From: Ministeria vibrans ATCC 50519
Lineage: Eukaryota > Protista > Filasterea
Length of the DNA: 53,077 nucleotides
Direction: 5' to 3'
Assembly (NCBI GenBank): GCA_943704425.1
Contig: CALSCP010001278.1
Coordinates: 1-53,077 of the forward strand
The translations under genes and the position numbers were made by a program. Of this stretch, positions 40,559 to 52,290 are shown piece after piece. How positions within the stretch are numbered: the first letter of the stretch is position 1; each line of letters starts with the position of its first letter. The notes beneath the pieces were generated by a model. It ran no database searches, was not told the origin of the DNA, and saw only the letters and a program-made list of their open reading frames with translations.

Positions 40559-41008
40559 TCAGTTCGTCAAGGCTCCCACGGCACTCTTCGCCGCTGCCTG
40601 TGTGTTGCTCAGCTTGGTCGCAGCAACGTCAGCCGCAGCACGCGCCTTATCAAGAGCTGCTGCCTCTTCCCGCGGTTCACTGTCATCGTGTACAACACCG
40701 CTCAGCCCATGGGTCGCCATCTACGATCAACAATAGCATACAATCTTAAACGACACACAACTTGAAAAGTGTTCACCTTCTTCCCCAGCGCATCAACTGC
40801 CGCAATTGCCGCCTTACAGTCGCTCCGCCCTCTTTCCACCTCGTACGGCTCCTGGACGCTCCCAAGCTACACACGACGGTGTCAAACGAAGTCGTCAAAG
40901 ACTCCGCTTGCTTTTGTGTACCACTCCATCGAAAAAAGCCTTTCCGCTCTTCTCTGCCTCGTCGATCAACTTGAGCATGTCATCGATGTTGGTTTGTGCA
41001 GTCGACAT
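40559..41008 (-). CDS. Small (~112 aa) alpha-helical protein of unknown function, 3 exons; absent from the ORF track
   Basis: MSTAQTNIDDMLKLIDEAEKSGKAFFDGV|LGSVQEPYEVERGRSDCKAAIAAVDALGKK|MATHGLSG...AVGALTN*; two phase-0 GT-AG introns give an open frame. Confidence 0.7.
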
Positions 41009-41343
41009 TGCAAATTGAAGTCGTAATAAATGTGAATTGTTAATTGTGATTTAACAAGAAGTGTTTAGTTTACTCCATGTCTGAATGGGAGCGAACAGAG
41101 GTACAAGCTCTAATAAGTAATAACAGGTGACGAATAAAGCTAGTCATAGTAGTCAATAGTAGTCATTTAGTAATCAAGTTACTGAGGGAAATTGTGGGTA
41201 CGCCCAGTAGACTAAGACTGATTACAACTATATATAATCTACCTGAAACGGTGCACTTCACACACATTAAGTAAATATAGTGAATAACAATTAATATTCA
41301 TCGCTCAAGTTCGCGTCGTACTCTGTCAGTGGGTACAAGAGCT

Positions 41344-41625
41344 ATGGACGTGGAGCCGGACGATGGGCCTGAGAGGATGAAGGTCTTTGAGGAGGACACA
41401 AGACTCGCTGCGAATCCCATCTTGTCGGCCGCTCCAGCGTCCGCCCTGGCCAATGCTGCGGCCGCCGCGCACGCCCAGCCCCCCGCTGCATATGCCGACC
41501 TCTGGTCCTGGTTCGAGCGTCTCGATATCGACGCCCAGCACAGTATTCTGCAGAATCTCGCGTCGCGAGCCGAAACGCCGTTGCTCGTCGTGTCCGCGAC
41601 ACAGCTCCGCTACCCCGCCCGCCAG
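41344..41625 (+). CDS. 94-aa first exon of uncertain affiliation (phase 0; does not splice in frame to the BRCA1-like exon)
   Basis: ATG after an AT-rich promoter, MDVEPDDGPERMKV...WSWFERLDIDAQHSILQNL...PARQ|GTATGC. Confidence 0.55.
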
Positions 41626-41965
41626 GTATGCAGCACACCAATAGCCACATCTCCCCTCCCATCCACCCTTGCACATGCCTCGTCATCCTTGCAAACCCCA
41701 TTTATTGAACTCGACATTTTCCACTCATCTTTTTTTTTTTTTGCCTTGTTGTTTTTTTTTTTAATTTTTTTTTTTTTTTTTTCGGTTTTCGCGCCTCTTT
41801 CGCGAACACCTTTCATCCTGCCTCTTTGCCTTTGTACTCCACCCGACGGTGTGTTGTAGCTACACGCAGTGCGTTGTGTAGCGAGAAGTGAATGGAACAG
41901 CGACACTGTTTGCGCTTGTCGAACCAAAACGCGACGCGTCTCACTTTCGCTGTTTTTTTTTCAAG

Positions 41966-44186
41966 GGAGTGTATTCAGGAGTGCGCCGCACAGCCCAATG
42001 CTACCTGTCCGTTGTGCAAGAAGGCGCTGAGGCGTCGCGAGGTGCGCGAAAGCTCCGACATCGACACCATTGTCCATTTGGTGACGCGTCTTCGCGACGC
42101 CATTGCTGAAGACACGGGCGACTTTGACGAAAATGCCCCACAAGCGCGTGGAAGCCAAGGCTACCGACTCAGCATTACGCCTCCCTCTGACTTGTCTCAG
42201 CGGTATCCATATCCCGTCAAGAACGTCGTAGGCGAAGGAGAGGAAGGAGACGAAGAGGAAGAGGAGGAGCAACAGTCTGTTAGCGCCCCCTCCACTCGTC
42301 AAACCCGTGCGTCAGCTCCCATTTCTCCGTCTATCAGTGGTGCACAGGTGGTGAATGCGAAATCGAAACCTACCGCAGCGCAATCACGCGCGGAGCGGGC
42401 ACGACGTCGTAGTCAGGCTCAGTCCTTTGACTCAAGCCTGAACGAGGAGCTGCAAAGTGCGTCCATGAGTGAGCTCGAACAGCGGCCACGACGGTCGGCG
42501 AGAAAGCGTCGGGCCAGCGTTGAAAAGGACGAGGGGGACGGCGATGAGGACGCGACAGTAGGCGACGACATTGATGGGGGTGGTAAACGGTCGAGGCAAG
42601 CGACGCCCGAGGAAAAATCGGCGACTCCTGCACTGGAAAAGCCCAACGATGAAGACCAAGACGGTCACGATTCGGGCACTAACAATGCCAATAATGAAAA
42701 TGACGATGTCGACGAAGATAATGATGACGACGACGACGCGACCATGGGCGGTCAACCTGTCACGCCCTGTGGAAACACACAGAGTGCTTTCTTGTCGCGT
42801 TCCACTCCCTCACTTGACATGGTCTCGTCGCCACTCGGGGCCAACACTCAAGACCTCTATGCACTCTTGTCGTACAAAGAACGTGAACTCCAGGCGGTCC
42901 AAGAGTTGCTACAGACGCGTGGTGATGACAACAACGACGACGATGCTGAAGATGCCGCCGCACGTCAACGAACCGCAAGCGTCTCGGACGACGGCGGCGG
43001 CAAGGAAAATGCATCTTGCTCTTCTCGGTCACCAAGCAGATCTCCTAACAAAAGGAAAACATCCAGCAAGCTGCGTCACCGCTATGCTTCGGTCAGCTCT
43101 TCCTCGCCACCGCTTCTCTTTGGCTCGCCACCCGCATCTCCAACAAAAACATCAACAACAGCCTCAAAAACACCTTCCACGTCAGCAACAACAACAACGA
43201 CTACTACTACTACTACTACTACTACCAATACTACAACAACAACATCATCATCATCATCACCATCAACAACTTACACCGCTGCCAACCCGGCGCCGCCACC
43301 TCGTCCATTGCCATCGGTAACATCGTGGCTCGCCACTCGCAGTGCCACCGAGGCACCACCCGTGGCCGTGTGCACGAGTCTCGAGCAACGACAAATGGAC
43401 ATGGTCAAGCAGACTATGAAGCGCCTTGGTGGCAAGCATGTGCGTGGGTTTCAACCGGGGCGCACCACACACGTCATCACCACTTCGGAGCAAGGCAAAA
43501 AATGTCCACGCACCATCAAGTATTTACGTGGCATTGCGTCAGGACGTTGGATTGTCTCCATTGACTGGATCTCGGCGTGTCTCGCCGCCGGCAAGTTTGT
43601 TTCCGAGCAGCCGTACGAGCTGTCGGCTGCGCTCGAGTGTTCCATTTGGGAGGATGTTCCCAAACGCGCACGCGAGACCATGCTCGCCTCCGAGGGTCTC
43701 CAACGCGTCCTCTCGGGCATCACCGTCTGCTTTCTTGGCAATTTCTTCTCGCCCACCATATCAGAACTGTCTCAGCTTGCGGGTGAGGCCGGTGCCACCG
43801 TGGTACCCTTGCGCTCCGACGGCTCTCTGCGGCCCCAACGACCCTGCACCTTTGCTATCATCGACAAGTCGGATCGTCAAACAAACATTGCCACCCTTGC
43901 ACGTCTGCGCAGTACCGTTGCCACCAATGCCGACGACGACGACGATGACGATGAGGACGTCCATGCCAAGGGCAGTGCCTCGCAGCCCAAGGGCTCGCGC
44001 CCGTGCTGGTTTGAACACGTTGTGGGTGTCGATTGGCTCCTCGATTCCATCTGCAAGTACGATGTATGTGCCGTCGACGGTTACGATGTCGTTCACAGCA
44101 GTTCCATCACCCGCGATGCTAGTGTTGCCAGCATCAAGAGCGACTCTGAGCGTGCCGTTGGACTCAGTGCATGTCTTTCATTTTGA
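41966..44186 (+). CDS. BRCA1: BRCA1/BARD1-like protein: C-terminal half of a RING, disordered middle, tandem BRCT
   Basis: ECIQEC...CPLCK (RING second half); BRCT1 TTHVIT...CPRTIKYLRGIASGRWIVSIDWI; PKRAR linker; BRCT2 GITVCFLGNF...WLLDSI. Confidence 0.75.
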
Positions 44187-44268
44187 CTCTTTCTGTTGTT
44201 TGTTTCTGTTGAAAGAATGATTTGTACTACTACGATTATTTGTATACGAATTTGGTGCTATGAATGCT

Positions 44269-45162
44269 TCAAAAAACGAGCTTGTGGTCCAGGTCTGAGA
44301 AAGAAGGTGGTGGTGCACTGCAGCTCGTGCCGTTGCACACCTGACCAGACGGACAGCAGTGTTGCATGTCAGAACAACTACAGTTGTAATAGAGAAAAGG
44401 AGGGTAAGCACACAAGAGGCGGCATTGCGGAATTCACAGAACATAACCCAACAGAGAGGAAAAGTGTAGAAAAATCATAAGGTACACCAGACAAAAAAAA
44501 ACAAAAAAGAAGGTGCAAACTATGAATAATATTGAGGAAGAATAAGAAAGTGACACAGGGAGTGGGGGACCCCTCACTTCTGTTGGGTTTCTTTGCAACA
44601 GACGAGAACATGAACAACAAAAAAAAAAAAAACAACAACAAAAAAAATAAAAAGTAGATGGATACAAACAAGGGATGTAAACAGCGCCAGTAGTGCATTG
44701 AGTGCAACGCACGATCGAGCAAGAGAGTGGATGCAGGATGATGTCCAAAAACAATGCAGTAGCGACCGCCAGCGAAGAACAGTAACTCCAGCCACACACC
44801 CCCTCGCATAGCAGTGGTGTCGCATAAATGGACGCAGACGCACGTGCTGGGCTGCGAAGGAGGCTTCATATGCGACGGCGTGACACGAAACATGGAAAAT
44901 AAACGATTTTCCCACTGTACTCGCTTACCAGACTGCGTCAGGCAAGGGGCAGCATGCGAACGCCTGGTTTTTCAATTGGCAACATGTATTGGAGGCTGGA
45001 CAGGAGCTGAATGGAGAGTACGTGGGTGAGGAGGACGGCCAATTGAAGTGCTTACACTTTGCCGTCGGGACACTCAATGGGAGGTGGATCAAACTCAGAC
45101 ACAAACGGATAGGCGACTGCAAGTCCGATTGATGCCAGACAGAAAAGGAGCTTCAGATTCAT
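44269..45162 (-). CDS. Secreted single-domain granulin (97 aa), 3 exons (45162-45056, 45006-44929, 44377-44269); not assembled by the ORF track
   Basis: Signal peptide MNLKLLFCLASIGLAVA then [51 protein letters not shown] (12-Cys granulin pattern). Confidence 0.9.
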
Positions 45163-45257
45163 GTGAATAATTTTGAAGTGGTGGTCAAATTACTCAAATA
45201 TCTATTCTGTAATTCCCAGCTGATAGCAAATCCGAAATCGTAGCAACTTTTTTTTTC

Positions 45258-45729
45258 ATGTTTTCCAACTTGAGAAAGAAAATTGACGTGGAAGGTGACG
45301 CACCTGCTGATGCGGGCTCGCCAGACGCTGACAAGCACCGCGACGCCCCGGATGCAAGAGTCACGGAAGCAGCGGCGTCTTCAGATGCGTCGCAGGAGTC
45401 TCCAAAGAAAGGGGTCTTTTCGGCGTTTCGCGAGAAGCTCTCAGTCGCCGGAACAAAGCTTATCGAGCTTGCAGAGGTATGGCCGATTGAACGGTGATGG
45501 ATTATTGTGCTTGGACACTGTCTCTCTGAGCGTGGCAAGTCCTGTATTAGCCTCAGGGGAGATTGTGTCGTGTTTGAAAACGAACGGTCGCTTTGTAGGG
45601 ACCCAAGGACGATCAAACGCACGAGCCTGTACAGTCGCTGGACGGCCTGACGCCTACGGAGATCAATACGGAGTATGCGAGGCAAGGGCAGATGCTCGAT
45701 CGATACAAGACGGTGAGAGAGAGTGTGTG

Positions 45730-45778
<49 letters not shown>

Positions 45779-48700
45779 GGCGTCATTAACAAAGTGATAG
45801 AGAGAGAGAAAGAGACAGGAGGGAGTCATCAACAAAGTGATAGAGAGAGAGAAAGAGGAGAGAGTCATTAACAAAGTGATGGAGAGAGAGAAAGAGACAG
45901 GAGAGAGTAGTTAAGAAAGTGATAGAGAAAGAGATGCAGGAGAGAGTAGTTAACAAAGTGATAGAGAAAGAGACAGGAGGGAGTCATTAACAAAGTGATA
46001 GAGAGAGAGAGAAAGGAGAGAGTAGTCAACAAAGTGTGTGCGAGAGAGGAGGGAGTGCGAAATAACAAAGTGATAGAGTGATAAAGGCAGAATGATAGAG
46101 AGAGAGAAAGTGATAAACAAAGTGCTAGAGATTAGGGAAAAGACACACGAAATAGAAAGAGCACGACTGAACTTGTTCTTTCATAGAGATTCCAAGACCT
46201 TGTCAAGTCGTTCAAGTCGCTGCAGAAGGAGAAAGAAAAAATTGAGGTGAGGATACATACACCTTAGCGGGTGTTTAGTGGAGGGGGGGGTTTTTTGTTT
46301 GTTTGTGAGACGGAGGTGTTTGTAGACGGCCATGACCAAGCAACAAGATGTTCAACTGCAACGAATGGCGGAGATGCGCGAGGCACAGCGACTTGATCGC
46401 GAAGCAAAGACTCATTTGGCGTCGTCACTTGAAGACCAGCTGGCGGAAAAGGACGATCATATGCGAGCGCTTCAGACACAGGTGGAGGCACTGCGTTTGG
46501 TCACGAGCGAGCAGGCGCCTGCCAGTGCCGAAGCACAACGTATTGTGGAAGCACTGCGCCAGACGTTTCAACGCGACGGACAACTGCAACAACAGCAAGC
46601 AATGGAGATGGCAAGTGATGCGGGGAGCGAAATGAGTCTGAGTGGTGACTCGAGTGCTCGCATTCGCAAACTCGAGACGCTTCTGGCCAAGTGCAAGCAG
46701 TCGCTGCTTAAGTACAAGGACCACGTAGCGACGCTCACCTCGGAACGCACCGCTATGAAGGAGCAGCTGCAACGCGAGTCGAGCAAGTCCAGCGAGCGTT
46801 TGCGTCGCGTCGAAGAGGAGCTCGCCAGCGAGAAAGAGGCCAGTCGCAGCATGGCCGAGCAGTTTGCCGCCAAGCTCAAGAAGGTGAAGGCATCTGCAGC
46901 GGCCGCTGTGTCGACAACGGAAGACAAGCCTGCTGCTTCGTCTGCTGTGGATGTGTCGGTGTCAGAGCAACAGTCTGCGGCAGCGCTTGACAAGGCCAAA
47001 GAGGGGGCAAAGCAACTGTTTGTTAAGCTCAAGGCAGAGCGTGCCAAGACGGAAGCGCTCAAGGAGACGCACGCCAGCGAGATTGCACGTCTGCAAGGGC
47101 TCTTGGACGACCGTTCCGCACTGGTGGCCGAAGCTGATCGAGCAGCACAGACACACAAGGAGCATCTTGCGCAACTTGAAGCTCAACTGCGCTCCGAGTC
47201 CGAGAACGATTCCGAGGCTGTGCAGTCAGTACGCGCAGAGTGTGTGCGTTTGACAGCTGAGCTCGAGGAAAGTCGTGCGATGCTCGCAAAAGAGCGCGCC
47301 GCTCACGACCAAAATCTTGCCGCTCTGTCAAAAGTGGCGGATGATCAGGTTGCTGCGGCAGTTCACGTGGCACATGCGGAGAGTGAAGAGCAACGTGTGA
47401 AGTTGGTGCAGGCACATGAGACGGCTGTGGCTGAGGCAGCGTCACAGATGGAGGCGCGTGTCTCCGAAATTGTGCGAGCGCACGAGGAGAACGTGGCGCA
47501 GATTCGAAAGGAGTGTGTGTCGTCTCTGGCGGACGCTCAAGCGGCGTCCGAACGCCAGTTGGCCGCTATGGAGGAGCAGCTGGAACGTGCGCGCAACGAG
47601 GCGACCCAAGAGCGCGAAGCACTCGCAGCTCTTCGCAAGACGACTGATTCGTCTCTGGCCGAAGCAGCGAGTAGCAGCGAGGCAACTGCAGCGCTGCTGA
47701 GTGAACTGGAGCAAGTTCGCACCCTGTTGGCGGCAAACGAAGATGCCCTGCGCAAAGCCAATGAGGAGCGCGTGCGAGCGGAACATCTTCGCTCCGAGTT
47801 GGATGCACAAGTGACGGTGCTTCATGAGAAGGTGCGTGTAGCTGAGGAGAGCGCGTCACAGAGCGCCGTGGCGCACGAGAAGGCCTTGGACGTTGTTCAT
47901 CAAGACACTGCGCGTCAGTTGGAAAGCGCCACGGAGGAGACCAACTTGCTGAAGACTCAGCTTGGCGAAGCCTTGTCACGCGAGGAAACGCACAAGAGTC
48001 TATTGTCGCAGGTAGAGGCTGAGCGAACCGAGCTGCGACATCAGTTGGAGACGGTGCAGTCGGAGGCACAGAGGGCACTGGCGGAGATGAAGCAACAATT
48101 GAGCGACGCTGAAAGTGCTCAAGTAGCTTTGAAGCAGCAGCTATCTGATGCAGTGTCGCATCAGCAGGAGGAGAATGAAGAGCTTAAGCGGCAATTGAGT
48201 GCGGCACTGAGCGAGGCTGAGCATACGCGCGCTTCCTTTGACGAGAAACTGAGCGAATTGCAGCTGACGCACGCATCGGCCGTAGAGTCGAGTGAGGTGG
48301 AGATGCAAGCGAAGCTGCGTGATGTAGAGGAAACCAATGGGAGGGTGCGTCGTCGGGAAGTCGAGGAGCAGCAGCGTGCACACGAGGCGATGATGATTGC
48401 TCTGAAAGAAGAACAGGCACTTGGGATGAAGGCGGCGCAGGAGGAGTGGGCACGCGAGCGAACGGCCCTCGTTGATGCTCATGCGGCCGAAGGGGCTTTG
48501 CACGCAGAGAATGCTCAAATGGAACAGGAGAAAATACGACAGGAGCAGGCCGAGGCTGTGCGAGACCTAACGGAGAAGGTGGCTGCTGCTGAAAACGCAA
48601 TGGCAGAGGCGTGTCAGAAGGCGTCTCAGCTGGAGGCGCAGTGTGACGAGCTCACCTCACAGGTGACCCAAGCGAAAAAGGCAGCGCGCGAGCTCACGGC

Positions 48701-51381
48701 GCGCGGCACAAGCACTGAAGCACAGATGCGCATGGAACTGGAGGAAGTCATGGAGCACAAGACAGCCGTTGAGAAGCGACTGGTCGAGAGTGAGGCACAA
48801 CTGGATCGAGAGCGAGCGACGCACGCGGAGGCTGTGGCGGCACTCGAGCGTGTAATTGAGGAGAAAACGGATCAAAGCTACGATGAGAGGAGTCGTCTTG
48901 AGCAGCGTGTGGTCACATTGGATGCTGCTGTAGCAAAACACAATGTGACGCTAGCCGAGGTTAACGTGCAACTGGACGCTGCTGTGGCTGAACGAGACAC
49001 GGCGGTGGCTGAACGAGACACGGCGGTGGCTGAACGCGATGCGATGGTGACTACGGCTGTTGCTGAGCGCGATGCAGCGTTTGCTGAACGCGATATGGTG
49101 GTGGCTGAACGCGATACGGCGGTGGCTGAACGCGATGCAGCGGTAGCTGAACGCGATACGGTGGTGACTACGGCGGTGGCTGAACGCGACGCAGCGGTAG
49201 CTGAACGCGACGCAGCGGTTGCTCAACGCGATACGGCGGTGGCTGAGCGCGATGCAGCGCTTGCTGAACGCGATTCGGTGGTGGCTGAACGCGATATGGT
49301 GGTGGCTGAACGCGATACGGCGGTGGCTGAACGTGATACGGCAGTAGCTGAACGCGATACGGTGGCGACTACGGCGGTGGCTGAGCGCGATGCAGCGGTA
49401 GCTGAACGCGATGCAGCGGTTGCTCAACGCGATACGGCGGTGGCTGAGCGCGATGCAGCGGTTGCTGAACGCGATTCAGCAGTGGTTGAACGTGATACGG
49501 CAGTAGCTGAACGCGATACGGTGGTGACCACGGCGGTGGCTGAGCGCGATACGGCGGTGGCTGAACGCGACGCAGCGGTAGCTGAACGCAACGCAGCGGG
49601 TGCTCAACGCGATACGGCGGTGGCTGAGCGCGATGCAGCGCTTGCTGAACGCGATGCAGCAGTGGCTGAATGCAATACGGCTGCTGCTGACCGCGATTCC
49701 GCTGTGGCTGAACGTGATGCGGCGTTGGCTGAATCCACAACGAAACTCACACACACTGTGGACGAACGGGAGAAGGCTGTGATGGCTGCGAATGTAAATG
49801 CGGAGCGTGTTGCAGCTTTGGAATCGCTCGAGGCACAACATGCTCGTGACTGTGACCGGCTTGAGCACCAATTGGAGGAAGCGCGTAGCGCTCTGGAGAA
49901 GGCTGAGCGGGACGCCACCGAGCGATTAGCTGTTATTACTGTGGAGAAGGAGAGTGCAGTGGGCGCTCTGTCGAGCACTTTGAAGGAACGTGCAGAGGCG
50001 GCAGAGCGGGAGCGTGTGGCGGAACGAGAGCGGTTGGAGATGCAGTTTGCCCAGGCACAGTCACAGCAGGGCGAGATGCGTGCGGAGCTTGAACGACTGA
50101 AGGCCGAGCTGAGTTTGACACGTGATCAGGCGCAGCAAGATCTGGCAGCACTGCGCGCTCAGCACGACGAGGCAGTGGTGCACTGGCGCGCAAAGGATGA
50201 CGAGGCGCGGCAGTTGGCGAGTCAAGTGGACGTGCTCAAGATAGAGGCGGAGGCGACCGAGCAGCGGCACATGGCGGCAATTGAGGCGGAGCGAGCGAGT
50301 TTGGAAGGCGCACAGTTGGAGGCAGAGCTGGCGGAGCAGCGCAGTCGTCGGAACGAGTCTGAGGTGGAAGTGATGCGTGCAGAACTGGCGCGGTCGCGTG
50401 AGAGCGTGGATGCACAGGCGCGCACCGCCGTTGAAGATGTGGATCGGCTGCGCGGCGAGCTCGATCGGATGCTAGAGACAAGACATCGGTTGGACACGGA
50501 GCACGACGAGACGGTGGAGGTGATGCGACGAGAACATAGCGAGCAGGTGGCACGTATCGAAGCGGAGCTGGAGAATCGGCTGGAGAAGGCGCTGGAGCGA
50601 GAGCGAACACGACTTGAATCGGAGCGACGTGTTCTTGAGGAACAGGTGAATGAGGCGCGGCAGCAAGTGACCGAGTTGCGTGAACAGATGGCTGAAACGG
50701 CGCGACGTCACGAAGAGGAGGCGAGTGTGGCGCATCACGACGCTGAACGCCTTCGGACGACCCTCGCGGATCTGCGTGAGGAGCTGGAGCACAGTCACGT
50801 TGTGGTACATGAAGGTGCGCCTGCTGGCACCGCTGTTCTGAGCAGTGTCTCGTCGCCGGCTGTGTTACCCATCGCCGACGATTCGTTTGATGCTGTCTCC
50901 AGTGCTCTTGAGCGAGCTGAAAAGGTATTGCAAACAATAATCGCTGCAGTTGTAATAATAATAATTGAAATAGCGTGACTATTTCTTTTAACTCTCGTGT
51001 ATTTTTCATTATTGTTCTTCTTATTCTCGTGTTTGTAGGCTGAACAGGAGCTGGAGACGCACTTGCGCGCGGCCGAGTCACGTGAAGAGGCCCTGGTGTC
51101 GGTGCACGAGGCGGCCGTGGAAGATCGCCTGGCGTACATCAAGAACATCATGTATGAGTTTTTAAGGGGAAATCAGTCTGAGGTACACGCAATAACCAGT
51201 GTAATAATGATAATTTTACGAGCTACTAACAAAAAAATTTACGTTATTGAATTATCTGTAGCAACTGATTCGCGTCATTTCAACTGTGTTGGATTTTACA
51301 CCGGCGCAATCGGCCGAGGTGTCGGAGAAGATTCAAGCACGTGTAGGGGTCTGGGGCGCACTGCGCACTGTCTTCGCTTGA
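45258..51381 (+). CDS. GOLGA4: GRIP-domain golgin (golgin-245/GOLGA4-like), 6 exons
   Basis: N-terminal MFSNLRKKI motif, LDRYKT|RFQDLVKSFKSLQKEKEKIE, long coiled coil, GRIP LAYIKNIMYEFL...|QLIRVISTVLDFT. Confidence 0.8.
45780..46130. repeat. Degenerate ~37-44-bp intronic minisatellite with core aacaaagtgatagagaga (reverse complement of the 18.1-kb repeat core)
   Basis: About 8-9 visible units. Confidence 0.88.
48979..49733 (+). repeat. Coding 21-bp heptad repeat (AVAERD[A/T])n, ~30 units
   Basis: gcggtggctgaacgcgatacg-type units within the golgin coiled coil. Confidence 0.95.
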
Positions 51382-51461
51382 GTCAATTTTATAGTGTATA
51401 TCAACAAGAATTGTGTTCCTTTTTTATTGGATGGATGAGTAGCAACGCACACGCACAAGCT

Positions 51462-52290
51462 TTAGTTGTTGATCTTGGCCTCAGTCTTCACCACCCACGG
51501 GATGGAGAAGCCGCTCTTGGAGCAGGTGCCGGCGCTCACGTCGCAGGTGTAACCGTTGGGGCAGCAGTGAGTCTTGTCGCTGCAGCAAGTGGCCTGGGGA
51601 AGAGGGCAGCAGCCGTACGAGCCGCTGGGGGTCTGGCAGCAGGTGTTGCCATCGGGGCAGCTCGACGAACCATCGGGGCACTGGACGTCCTTGACGGGCG
51701 CCTTCTTGGCCTCAGTCTTGGTGGCCCACGCAACGCTGGCGTATCCGCTCTTGGAGCAGGTGCCGGCGCTCACGTCGCAGGTGTAGCCGTTGGGGCAGCA
51801 GTGAGTCTTGTCGCTGCAGCAAGTGGCCTGGGGAAGAGGGCAGCAGCCGTACGAGCCGCTGGGGGTCTGGCAGCAGGTGTTGCCATCGGGGCAGCTCGAC
51901 GAACCATCGGGGCACTGGACGTCCTTGACGGGCGCCTTCTTGGCCTCAGTCTTGGTGGCCCACGCAACGCTGGCGTATCCGCTCTTGGAGCAGGTGCCGG
52001 CGCTCACGTCGCAGGTGTAGCCGTTGGGGCAGCAGTGAGTCTTGTCGCTGCAGCAAGTGGCCTGGGGAAGAGGGCAGCAGCCGTACGAGCCGCTGGGGGT
52101 CTGGCAGCAGGTGTTGCCATCGGGGCAGCTACAAAAGTGAAAATAATTTAGAGCAATTGTAAACACGAAAGACCAAAAAGTCATACCTCGACTGCCCATC
52201 GGGGCACTGGACGTCGCCAACCGGGTAGAGAGTGACCGGAACAGCCATGGCTGTGGCAATGAGCGCAACGAAGCAGAGAGCGAGCTTCAT
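51462..52290 (-). CDS. Progranulin-like secreted protein with 3 near-identical granulin domains; one coding intron and a probable 5'UTR intron (~52291-52712)
   Basis: Signal peptide MKLALCFVALIATAMA; 78-aa unit DVQCPDG...CCQTPSGSYGCCPLPQATCCSDKTHCCPNGYTCDVSAGTC with a 234-bp period. Confidence 0.92.

Noticed and set aside
51063-52151. 362-aa + strand Gly/Ala-rich repetitive ORF
   Set aside because: Antisense shadow of the progranulin repeats joined to the golgin GRIP exon read through an intron.
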